DNA of 64,000 nucleotides from Chrysomallon squamiferum (taxonomy: Eukaryota > Animalia > Mollusca): contig CM022670.1 of NCBI GenBank assembly GCA_012295275.1, positions 21,266,001 to 21,330,000 of the forward strand, written 5' to 3'. The translations under genes were made by a program, and so were the position numbers. Below the pieces are notes generated by a model. That model saw nothing but the letters and a program-made list of their open reading frames with translations. It did no database searches and was not told the origin of the DNA. Positions 53,033 to 64,000 of this stretch are shown piece after piece (positions within the stretch are counted from its first letter, which is position 1; every line of letters begins with the position of its first letter).

Positions 53033-55077
53033 ATATCGAATACAGTTACCATCAAATTATGATTTAAATGTAAATGATCCGATTTGTAACTCGAAACATA
53101 GCTCAATCCTTTTTCCTTTTTTTTTTATCACAAGCATATTTTATTATGAGAAAACGTTGTTATTAGGTTAGAGATAAAAGTTAATAGTCACTTGATTATT
53201 TGTACTAATTCTGATAGTTAAAAAAAAAAAAATAATAAAACGTACACCAAAACAAGTAACAAATCGCGTGAAAATATACAAAATGTTTTTAAATCATTTT
53301 TTTTTTATTTTTTTTTTTAACATGCGTGGATAGACAAAAATATTTTAAAATGACGTTAAGCCGCCTGGACATCTACATCTGGAAACGAATATAGATATAA
53401 TAATAATATTATAACATTTTTTATCTTATATATTTGTTTGTTTGTATATAATATTTCAAAATGATTTATTGCTTGTCATTGTGAGGTTTTGTTATCAGAA
53501 AAAGTACTCTTGTGAAATACATATCGAAATTATGTTTCATTTACTTGTTTCTTTGTAAATAAAAGGTTAAATAATTTATCTGTTTTCTCACACGCACTAT
53601 TAGCAATGAAATACAAATCAGCGAATACGAAATGATATCAGCAGTGTAAAATATTTATTAAAGTTGGTATTTTTATTAATCTTATACAGTGAACGCTGAA
53701 GTACTTGATAGCCGAAGAAAGAACTACCACTTAGTTTCACAAATTAGAATGAAAATATATATCTGATATAACATATATTATACGAAAAGAAAAATATAAT
53801 TGTGAATTATATATATGGAACAGATAATAAGAAAAGTCCAGTGTTACAGAAAGAAAGAAAATAGGATTTGATAATATACAGTTTATATCGATGACACTTC
53901 CGAGTTCGAATCTTTGTAATGACTACAAAAAAATATATATTTATTCGGATTTTTATAAACATTTCATTTATACCAAAAAATATATTTATAACGATTTGAT
54001 AAAACTTTATTTACCTGATAGTGAAAAGTGAAAACTATCAGATTAGAAGTGATTGACTGTGAGAAAATGTGTCGTTTTTGTACACAAAACATTCGGAATC
54101 AGCGTAGATTAAGACCGATATAAGGTCTGATATTTTTGTTAAACTGCGTACTTAGATTCTCATCTATGTTGTTTACACATATATTTGCAATGGTGGACTT
54201 GGAGCGCTCTCCCGCTGAGAGTCAAGATCAAATACTTCCTTCTGGGTTCATATTAATTTCTTCTCTGCCAGAAATAAAAATATGACATTTAATAGATATA
54301 CATTTTTTCTTAAAGTCTTAAATTTTATATAAAATACAATTATACCGATTTACTCGATGCATAATACATACATATAGATATATGCTTGTATACACACACA
54401 AGCACACATACACAAACACACTCAACAAACACACAAACTTCTACATACATACATACATGCATACATATATACACACATACACATACAGATATACACACTC
54501 TTATACATAGAAACATAGATACATACATATATATAGAGTTATCTATATATATATATATGTTTATATGCATGTATCTATGTTTCTATGTATAAGAGTGTGT
54601 ATATCTGTATGTGTGTATATATAGTTATATATATATAAATATAATATATACATAAACTTACATACATACATACATATGAAACTGAACTTACCTTTATGAC
54701 TTACGGAGCATGCTCGTGCTAGCATACTTGCATTCATAAACTTGTTTTTTGTTCTGTTTGTATCTCTAGCAGACCTAATAAATATTTATTTAAAACAAAT
54801 TTAATAGTATAATTGTATATTCGTTTTTGTCATCTTTCTCTACTTTAAACAGAAACATAAAATCAAACTTTTAGGACAGTGAATCGTACACAACGTGTCC
54901 TTTAAAATTATATTTTGTATTCCATGGACTCCGTCACCATATACTTTATTATATCCACCTCTTTCTGACTTTTTGTCTATCTCTCTTTCTTTATATATAT
55001 ATATATATGTATGCATATGTGTGTGTGCGCGCGCGTGTGTGTGTATATATATATATATATATATGTATGTATCTATG

Positions 55078-55108
<31 letters not shown>

Positions 55109-55296
55109 ATATATATATATAAAATACACATACATCTCTCCGGTTTTCTGTGTGTCTGTTTGTCTCTCCGACCATCCCCTTTCTTCTTGGGTTCCTGGCT
55201 TAGCCTATCGCTGACGAGTTAACTTCTGTAATGTGATCGACAACCAACTACGTACGACGATTTGCGACGGTTTCCTGTTATTTTGTAGTGCTAATT

Positions 55297-55435
55297 TCAC
55301 GTGACGCACCATTATGGTAATTATATTTTTAATGCAGAGTATATAAATGCTGAATGTGTTTGAAGTAGATCAAATTAAACAAGAACACTCATAGAAAAAG
55401 TCAGAGATTCTCACTGGGTAAACCATACAGTAAGT
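55297..55435 (+). promoter_or_regulatory. Core promoter and leader exon, copy 3 (E-box 55297, TATA 55340, donor 55430)
   Basis: Same motifs as copies 1 and 2. Confidence 0.65.
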
Positions 55436-55578
55436 ATTACATTACCTTTCTAAAAATATAAGAAAATATGATTGTTTAGTATTTGATGCTGTGCTGCGCG
55501 CATTAATTTATTTGCAGAAACAGTAACTCCGTAGAGTAATATATTAATTTATGAAATAGGTTTGTACCCGAAATATGT

Positions 55579-56897
55579 AGGTTTTGATAACTTTAGAAGT
55601 TGCAGAAATATTTATTGGTACACCATTTGAATATTGGTCAAATGTTCTTGTGGCTGACAGGGCGGGCTAAATTAAATAGTAAGCGATCTAAACGAACAAT
55701 AACCAAATAAAAAGAAAGATGAATGAAATGTATATGCGGTATTCGTCACATAGTTAAACTTTTTAAACGATTTATCTAGGTCTTTAGTTTCTGCTATCGC
55801 CCGTATCAATGAATCAGAAGCAACTCCAGTGAATAAGAAATAGTACAGATTGAGGATTCGTTATAAACAAATTCCGAAATCTAAAACATTTGGTGATATA
55901 TATATATACGTGTGTATCTCAGTGAAGATATTTATGATAGTTTATTAGCAAAAGAATTTTACTTATTTATATATTTAACTATTGTTCTTTCTTTCTATCG
56001 GTTGATATATATATATATATATATATATAAATATATATTTATTAGCAAAAGAATTTTACTTATTTATATATCAACCGATAGAAAGAAAGAACAATAGTTA
56101 AATATATAAATAAGTAAAATTCTTTTGCTAATAAACTATCATAAATATCTTCACTGAGATACACATATAACTTTATTGTTACTGTTGTTTATTTTTGGAT
56201 AGCGGATTGCTGCTGTTGGTTTCACAACACCTTAGCTAGCATTATGGTTTTCCATCAGATAGTGCTTGGTTACTCTTGTTTTTCTATTTTTGTTTAAGAA
56301 ATGGAAACGTGCCCTGATACAAATGCATCTTTAAAAACCTGATAAGTTAAATACTTTACTCGTAACAAATGATCGCTAAAACAAAGCAAATAAATATCAT
56401 TGTCATCTCAAGCTCTTTCCGAAAAATATTAACAGCTATTTCGGCATGGTGTTTATCGGTTAAATTTTCCGAGTTAGGAAAGATTCGAAACAAATGGCAG
56501 TTTTTAAAATCTTATTTCTTTCTGAACGAATTTTCAGTACTAACTTTTGTTATACAAAAGGGAAATGATATAGAGGGATGTTGGCTAGATAATCTTGAGA
56601 CTTTTATCCCGTCAACTACAGCCACATTTTTCTCTCAGAGTGATCCACTGTGCCCCACTACATCTGACTGTATGAAAATATATCACTCTAAAAACAAATA
56701 CAACTCAGCAGTTGTCGCTGAAAATAAGTTGACATTTTAATACAACAATCTCGAAATATCGAATTAGTTTTCTTAATATACATATACTGGCTTTAATGTT
56801 CTTTCTTAACAAAACTGGAAATTTTCATATTTTTGTTCTAATCTAGAATAATTTATTTTCAGGTATTTTAAATATTTAAATTAAATATGTTTGATTT
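55579..56897. other. ~1.3 kb insertion in the intron of copy 3, origin unknown
   Basis: Copies 1 and 2 read cgaaatatgttttccagac uninterrupted. Copy 3 is split there with a 'tgt' overlap. No terminal repeats or transposon ORF recognised. Confidence 0.85.
55911..56165. repeat. Perfect ~100-bp-arm inverted repeat inside the copy 3 intronic insertion
   Basis: tgtgtatctcagtgaagatatttatgatag...ctttctatcggttgatatata is the reverse complement of tatatcaaccgatagaaag...ctatcataaatatcttcactgagatacaca. Confidence 0.95.
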
Positions 56898-57359
56898 TGT
56901 TTTCCAGACAAACAGACAGTTGAAAATAAGCAGAAATCAATGGTTTCGAGTGTTTATTTTTATTTGTTTTATTATTTATTTTTACTTATATTAATCAAGC
57001 TTGTTCTTAATTGTTATTTATACCATATATGCATTTTAGTTTAACAATTTTCTGTTTCATTTCACTGGTATCGTTATTGTGTTTCATTACTGTCAAAAAT
57101 CCGTCATATCCCGATTTTAATCCGATTTTTGGTCATAGAGGTAATATGGGAGATAAAAATAGAGAAATATATCTTTAGAAGATGATAAACAATAAAGGAG
57201 AGAGACAGAGATAGATAGATAGCGCTAATGGCTACATGTATATTTGTGGGTATTTCTGGTTATATAAATAACATATAAATAAAAAAATGGGTGGGTGTGG
57301 AAATGACTAAAAACATATGTTTCATTGTTTTCTCTTTCTCAATTTTAGCAAACGATATC

Positions 57360-58220
57360 ATGGAATCAGAAAGCACAGTTGAGTTATTATCATTCATCAA
57401 AAAAATCAATGCCAGTGTAAAAACTGTCATGAATCCAAAGAAAACGCCTCGGCATAAAAATTTTGCTAGAAGAGAAATTTTCAGAAAGCACAAGCTTGAA
57501 AAGCCTGTTCGCAAAGACGCAAAAAAGAAAAAAACAGCCGAATGGACACCTGTTGTTAGTCCATGCACGTCTCAAAGTTCATTCGAGGACTCAGTCATAT
57601 ATGGTTCATCCCCGACTGATTTCTCAGAGTTATCGACCTTTGAGCCCTCTTACGGCGCTTACTATCGAGGACAAGAAAACTGCATACAGAACATGAACAG
57701 TAATCAGGTTCACCAGTATCACCACGAACTGCCTCAACAACATTCTTATCAGAAGGAGGCAGCTCCAGTTTTTACTCATGAGCACGCTCTGAATGCAGAT
57801 GATGACGCAGGAGAAGCAAGTTTAGAAGATTTCAAACGATACTTGAGTCACATTTCTGAAATGAACGACTGTTTGTTTCCACTGGCTCAGTCCACGGAGC
57901 TAATGAGTCACATTCCCTCACTTCTCGAGCAGATTAATTATCGATTTGACGGCAAGAATCCTGAAACTAACATCCCACTGGAATCTTCTTCATCACCCAC
58001 TTTTAACGAGTGGTATGCTGAACAATTTGGATATCCAGAGCAGTGCTACGGAAGGAACGAACTGTATTCAGCACCCACAGAACGAGAAAGCGTTTCGGGT
58101 TATTCCAGCATCCACCAGTCGCCAACCTATTGCCCACAGTATTTAGAGATCCCGAATGTGTATCATCAGCAAGATCAGTCTTCTACGTCCAGCTTCGAAT
58201 CGCTGTCGAGTTTCTTGTAA
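57360..58220 (+). CDS. 286-aa putative nuclear protein, divergent FAM181/C19orf85-like, copy 3
   Basis: Intact ORF. The first acceptor AG is mutated to AA (57341-57342); a second AG is available at 57347-57348. Confidence 0.83.
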   Translation: MESESTVELLSFIKKINASVKTVMNPKKTPRHKNFARREIFRKHKLEKPVRKDAKKKKTAEWTPVVSPCTSQSSFEDSVIYGSSPTDFSELSTFEPSYGAYYRGQENCIQNMNSNQVHQYHHELPQQHSYQKEAAPVFTHEHALNADDDAGEASLEDFKRYLSHISEMNDCLFPLAQSTELMSHIPSLLEQINYRFDGKNPETNIPLESSSSPTFNEWYAEQFGYPEQCYGRNELYSAPTERESVSGYSSIHQSPTYCPQYLEIPNVYHQQDQSSTSSFESLSSFL

Positions 58221-58797
58221 TACTTTAGAGATGCCGGGGTAAAGGACAACATACAAACATTTTGGCTTGGCTCAATTACGCATTTGCCTACATAAAACAG
58301 TGTGAACGTTCAAACTGCATAACATATAATAATGCTGCAGTTCGTATTGTTGTGTTATCTTGTACATAAAGTGCTGAAGAACGTTTCTATAATGAACAGC
58401 TGCTAAGAAATATGTTTTCTGATGATTTTTTAGAATTATCAGAAACTTGTAAATATTCAGTTTGAAGCAAATTGTATATAAATAATGGAATATTTTATCA
58501 TATTTTAAAGTGTGATTTAAATATATAATATGAAATATAAAAACGAAATTAATTTACAAATTTTGAAACTGTTATTATCATATGATGTTATAATATATAA
58601 TTTTAAAAAATGTTATAAGAATATTATTATTTACATAGAACACTGTTTTCCTTTGTTTGTCCCTGTTATAACTGAAATATTTTCATTTCGTTCGATATGG
58701 TTAGATATTCAGGAACTTTTCCTCAGTCTCGCGCATTTACTGAGATTGTTACTGTCCGCCTCCGAAGGTTCGAGTTTTTTAAACATCACGCGCCTAC

Positions 58798-58849
<52 letters not shown>

Positions 58850-59127
58850 ATTATTAGTATTGCAACAATATCGAATACAGTTACCATCAAATTATGATTT
58901 AAATGTAAATGATCCGATTTGTAACTCGAAACATAGCTCAATCCTTTTTCCTTTTTTTTTATCACAAGCATATTTTATTATGAGAAAACGTTGTTATTAG
59001 GTTAGAGAAAAAAGTTAATAGTCACTTGATTATTTGTACTAATTCTTATAGTTAAAAAAAAAAAAAAAAAAAAAAAACGTACACCAAAACAAGTAACAAA
59101 TCGCGTGAAAATATACAAAATGTTTTT

Positions 59128-59158
<31 letters not shown>

Positions 59159-59585
59159 CATGCGTGGATAGACAAAAATATTTTAAAATGACGTTAAGCC
59201 GCCTGGACATCTACACGAAACGAATATAGATATAATAATAATATTATAACATTTTTTATCTTATATATTTGTTTGTTTGTATATAATATTTCAAAATGAT
59301 TTATTGCTTGTCATTGTGAGGTTTTGTTATCAGAAAAAGTACTCTTGTGAAATACATATCGAAATTATGTTTCATTTACTTGTTTCTTTGTAAATAAAAG
59401 GTTAAATAATTTATCTGTGTTTGTTTTAGTAAATCCATCTCGAAATGAATTTTTATTTCATTCTGTATATATGTATGAAACGGGTTGTGAGCCACAAAGT
59501 CTTAAGTGCATTGTTTGCAAATGAAAACAGAAGGGGAACATTAAGAGGTTTAACATATAAGCAACACTTAAATAACATCATATTA

Positions 59586-59619
<34 letters not shown>

Positions 59620-61220
59620 TTTTTAAGCTTCTTTACTTAACAATGGTATCAAGTGATCTTTACTCTTTACTCTCTTTCAATATATTTAAAGACAGACGTA
59701 AGACATTATTTTGAAATACTTATTTAATTATCTAGTCATTTTTGCAGTTTTTATTAATACATTTAATTTATCTATTCGGGTTTGGTTTTTATTTTATTTA
59801 TATTTTTATTTATAATTTTTATTTATATATACAAAATGTTCTTTTATTTGTTAATTCGTTATTTTTATATTTGCTCAAGTCCAATGAAATCTGTTGGAAT
59901 AAATGTGAAACAAGATAACTGATTATTGTCAACGGTCTATTATTTTATGTCTGTTGTCAAAATGAATATTCAAATACAGTTCAATTTGTTCTTGTGCATT
60001 TGTCAAATAATTTCTTTAAAGAATTAACGAGAGAATACGTTTTAAAGTCATCGATTAAAATCATCTATATTTATACATATTTATATATGAAAAAAATATG
60101 CAATTTGTATTACATGCCTTACAAATTTCAAATATCAATACAAGACTCTAATCATCCAATCGCCAAAAAAACAAAACAAAAACAACCAGAAAAGCGATCG
60201 ACGATACCGAGAAAGTCAAAAAATATTGTTCAACAATCACGAGTAATCATGGCTATCTGCGATGCACTGCGTTCTTTTGTTTTCTTTATTTTTCTATGAC
60301 GAAAATTTATTTAGTAATGAATAGTCGATTGTCTTTTTTCCTGTCTAATTAGACAGGCACATAGTCTATATTCTAACACGCACTATTAGCACTGAAATAC
60401 AAATCCATCGATGATCTCGAAAACGTTAGAAACCTCTAGAAAGACTCGAACGCACGGCATCCCACGACAGTGTTTCAGGAGTGTTCTGTGAATGTTTACC
60501 AGTGATGTACTAGGATCAGTTTGTTGCACATTATTATTGACAATCACGAAGCTATACACCTTCATCATAAAGTGAAAGAATCCTTTTCGTTTTGGCGACA
60601 GTAGCTTATTTCATTTAGTGCTGACGACAAATCCTGATGAAGTACAATACACTAGTTCTTGCAGTAACTAATTACTCGAGAAAGCCAGTTAATCAAGCGT
60701 CCATCGATAGGTAGAAGCTAGAAAAAATATATATTAAAAAATTAATCATAGTATATAAAATAAAGTATTAGATTCAGCAAGATTCTAAATATTACTAAAA
60801 ACAGCATCACCACCACCAACACCAACAACAACAACTACAAAAGTATTATAATATGCACACTGATTGGAAGAAACTGAAGTTCTTGTTTCTGGTTGAAATA
60901 AAAAAAAATAATAATAATAAAAAATAATAATAATAATTTTCTAAATTCTTTAATGGACTATGCTACATAAACACACCCTAATACTGAGTCTGCATTAACT
61001 AAAGGACAAAAACACATACACACACAATAATAATAATAAATAAAAAAATAAAAATAAAAAATAAAAAAAAATGAAAGAAAAATGAAAATAAAGTAAATAA
61101 ATATAACCTTTTTGTATGGAAGCGAAAAGTAAAAGGTTAAATTTTTTTTTTACGAATGTTTGTACAGTGGTATTTGATTACATTAGTACGTATGCGTTTT
61201 TTGTATGCATGTCTTCCTCT

Positions 61221-61222
<2 letters not shown>

Positions 61223-61273
<51 letters not shown>
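61223..61273. repeat. (GT)n microsatellite
   Basis: Read directly. Another tract at ~62327-62377. Confidence 0.95.
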
Positions 61274-61284
<11 letters not shown>

Positions 61285-62323
61285 TTTGATGAAGACATTG
61301 CCTGATATATCTTGTTTACAAACGGTTCTTTTCTTATTTTACCTAAAATGCTTTTCCAGATGGAACTGTAATGAAGTGATGCAGTATATAGTCTGTGCTT
61401 TGGTCGTTTTTGTTATGCAGCTTCATTTGTTGTTGTTAGAATGTTTGATTTAGACTTTCTATTTATTTATACTTACTATTCTATGATAAATCTAACTTGC
61501 AACTAAAACATAACAAAATGATTTTAAAATATATTTGTTAAGTACATTCAAGATTACTTAAAATGTTTTTAGAAATAATCCCCGAAATATTCAGATTTTA
61601 TCAAATAATATACATATAAAAAAAGAGAAGGAAACTCGGATAGAAATGCGTTACAGATTGTAATGTACAGAAAACCACACAGCTATTAATACACCCTTGA
61701 AACGTGAGGTTCATACCCTGAAGAAGACATGACGTACGTAAGTACGGTTCGCCGTGATAAACAAAAAGTTGCAAATGATCCACAATAAGGCGACTGTTAG
61801 TTATTGAAATGATGATTTTATATGAATAATTATTTTAACTAGATTATTCGCTTATTATAAAGATGATTTTTATATCAGTAATTGATTTTACATTATTCTA
61901 CATTTATTAGAAACATATTTTAAAATGGATTTCGGATTGTTGTCTCGCTTTTCTTTTGGAGTCACCGGTATTTAGGAATTGTAATCGCATTGTTGGTTTC
62001 TTGCCGCCATGCTTTAAGAATACTTATATGGCTTGTTAGTTTCCGGTGGTCATCGACATTTCGAGTTACATTTGGTTATTTCTAATCGAGACTGACAAAC
62101 CAGCCATGCGTCATTACGACCCCCCCCCCCCACCACCAATGAGCCAGAACTGTGTTGGCGGAATTACGAGACTTCTGACTGTAAGCTCAGTGGTTAGCTT
62201 GACTGTGGTGAATGTATAGCAGCTTCCCTAATTACGTTATATAACAAACTTAAAAACTTAATGTTTTTTGTGGTTTTTTTTCCAAAGTCTTTTCTATGTA
62301 TTTCTCAGGCATGGGGAAGATGC

Positions 62324-62378
<55 letters not shown>

Positions 62379-64000
62379 ATATTCACTTATTGTCAGTCTT
62401 GTCAATGGAATTTTTTTTTTTTTTATCATCTCATCAAAACATTCACAAACAAATATGTGTATACATCATATTAAAGTTCTTTTAACGAAATATTTTTGAG
62501 TTCTGAGTTCTCTAATCTGCACAAATCAATCATAACAAAAAATTAATTGCCCAAGCAGAATGAGAAATACTTAGAATAGACAGACAGACGGATAGACAGA
62601 CAGACTGACAGAGAGACAGATAGTCAGAATTACTACAAAGAAGAAATTCTAAAGAAATATTTGATTCCCTTCCTGGCAATATTCTAACAGGATAATGTTT
62701 TATTTAATTGTACTACATCAGTCTAAAATAATTTCGAACATCATGATATTCAGACATCTTTTCCCCCAAATTTTAACCCTATAGAAAATGTGTGGCAAAT
62801 GTTGAAAACCAAGCTGAAATCCAGAACGTTCAGGAATCGAACATTCTGGATTCCAGTTTCTTAGACCTCAACATCAAAAATAACAGCAATAGCTATGATG
62901 AGGATAATAATAAGAAGAAGGTAACCAAAACAAAACAAAACAAAATTTGTTGTAATAGAATCATTAGGCGCAGTTCAATAAGATAAATGTTGCCATAACA
63001 ACGCTAAATTAAATGTTACCGGTCATATTATCACTACGGAAAAAAAAAAAGCTGGCTTACATTTTATTTACATCAAAATGGAATCGATATTCCAAATAAT
63101 ATCATGCACAGACTCCGCGAATGGATAATTTAAATATTCTTTATATCTAGACATTTTATCCAAATTTTTATTCTTGTCTGTTCTTTTCCCTTTATTGTTT
63201 ATTTGTTTGTTTGTTTGCTTGCTTGCTTATTTATTTATTTAAAATTATAAATATAAACGTATAAACTTTTACATATACACACACAGATGAATATATATAT
63301 ACCTGCATATACATAGATATACATATACATACAAACACACAAACATGTAAGCATACCTTCATAATACATACATACATACTAACATACATACTACATACAT
63401 ACATATATTTACATACAAAACTTCATACAAAAATACATATACACATATATTCATATATAATACACAGTAATAATATACTCACACACACAAAATAAATATA
63501 TATACATGTATACATATAAAAACATACACACAAAGAAACAACAAACAACAAACAATATGTATATAGATACTTACAAGCCTACAGTTCAAAACTTATATCT
63601 TTCAGTTCTGTATCTGTTCTTAAGGTCGCAGTAAATCGAAAGTAACTTCCAAGTCTCCACAAAATATGTTCCTCTGTCTTGAACAGACTTAAATACAATC
63701 CCAACCAAAAAATATATTCTAGTATTAAAGCAAAATAAAATCATCGTCAGGATAACAAGATTCATTTTGTTGCTATGCCAATACACGGAGAAAAGTAGTA
63801 TCGCTATAGAAACAGCATATAAATATCGTTTTACCCCATGCATATCAGAAGTTGTTGCTATTGCTATAAAATTTTAAAATATTGTTACGTACTCTTTTCG
63901 ATTGTGAAGGTATTTTCCATCGTTGTATTAGCAGAAATTTTCTTAGATAATATTAAATGAAGAAAATAATAAAAATTAATGTTTATAATGATTATAAAAA

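Larger units (their letters stand above)
43877..60405 (+). repeat. Tandem segmental triplication of a gene-bearing unit (~43877-49042, 49043-53619, 53620-60405)
   Basis: The end marker cacgcactattagca(c/a)tgaaatacaaatc ends at 49042, 53619 and 60405. Promoter, intron, CDS and 3' region are near identical. Copy 2 lacks ~0.95 kb of the 3' flank, and copy 3 has a ~1.3 kb intronic insertion. Confidence 0.96.

Noticed and set aside
56369-56740. 123-aa ORF inside the copy 3 insertion
   Set aside because: AT-rich composition, no recognisable domain and no supporting splice or promoter signals.
63586-63843. 85-aa minus-strand ORF near a gtaagt donor
   Set aside because: All three frames stop before the donor and I recognised no homology.

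Overview
Eukaryotic, very AT-rich and microsatellite-rich DNA with short GT-AG introns. The composition looks like an invertebrate such as a cephalopod mollusc, but that is an inference. Left end: the 5' part of NARS2 (minus strand, 4 coding exons visible) lies head-to-head with a complete 6-exon LAMTOR1 (plus strand, 165 aa). Middle (~16.4-41.3 kb): a tandem array of 13 units of ~1.8-2.0 kb, in short (A) and long (B) variants with nested higher-order periodicity. About half of each unit is homologous to the upstream region of the next gene. Right (~43.3-60.4 kb): three near-identical tandem copies of a TATA-driven gene with one non-coding leader exon and a single 286-aa coding exon. Its N-terminus resembles the FAM181/C19orf85 family, but it lacks the TEAD-binding motif. 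The most striking feature is this architecture: about 18 copies of one upstream module, most of them gene-less, stacked in front of a recently triplicated putative nuclear regulator. Several (TA)n-associated fold-back rearrangements and a duplicated decoy splice acceptor inside NARS2 are also visible. Most short ORFs in the supplied track are microsatellite artefacts. All comparisons were made by eye.
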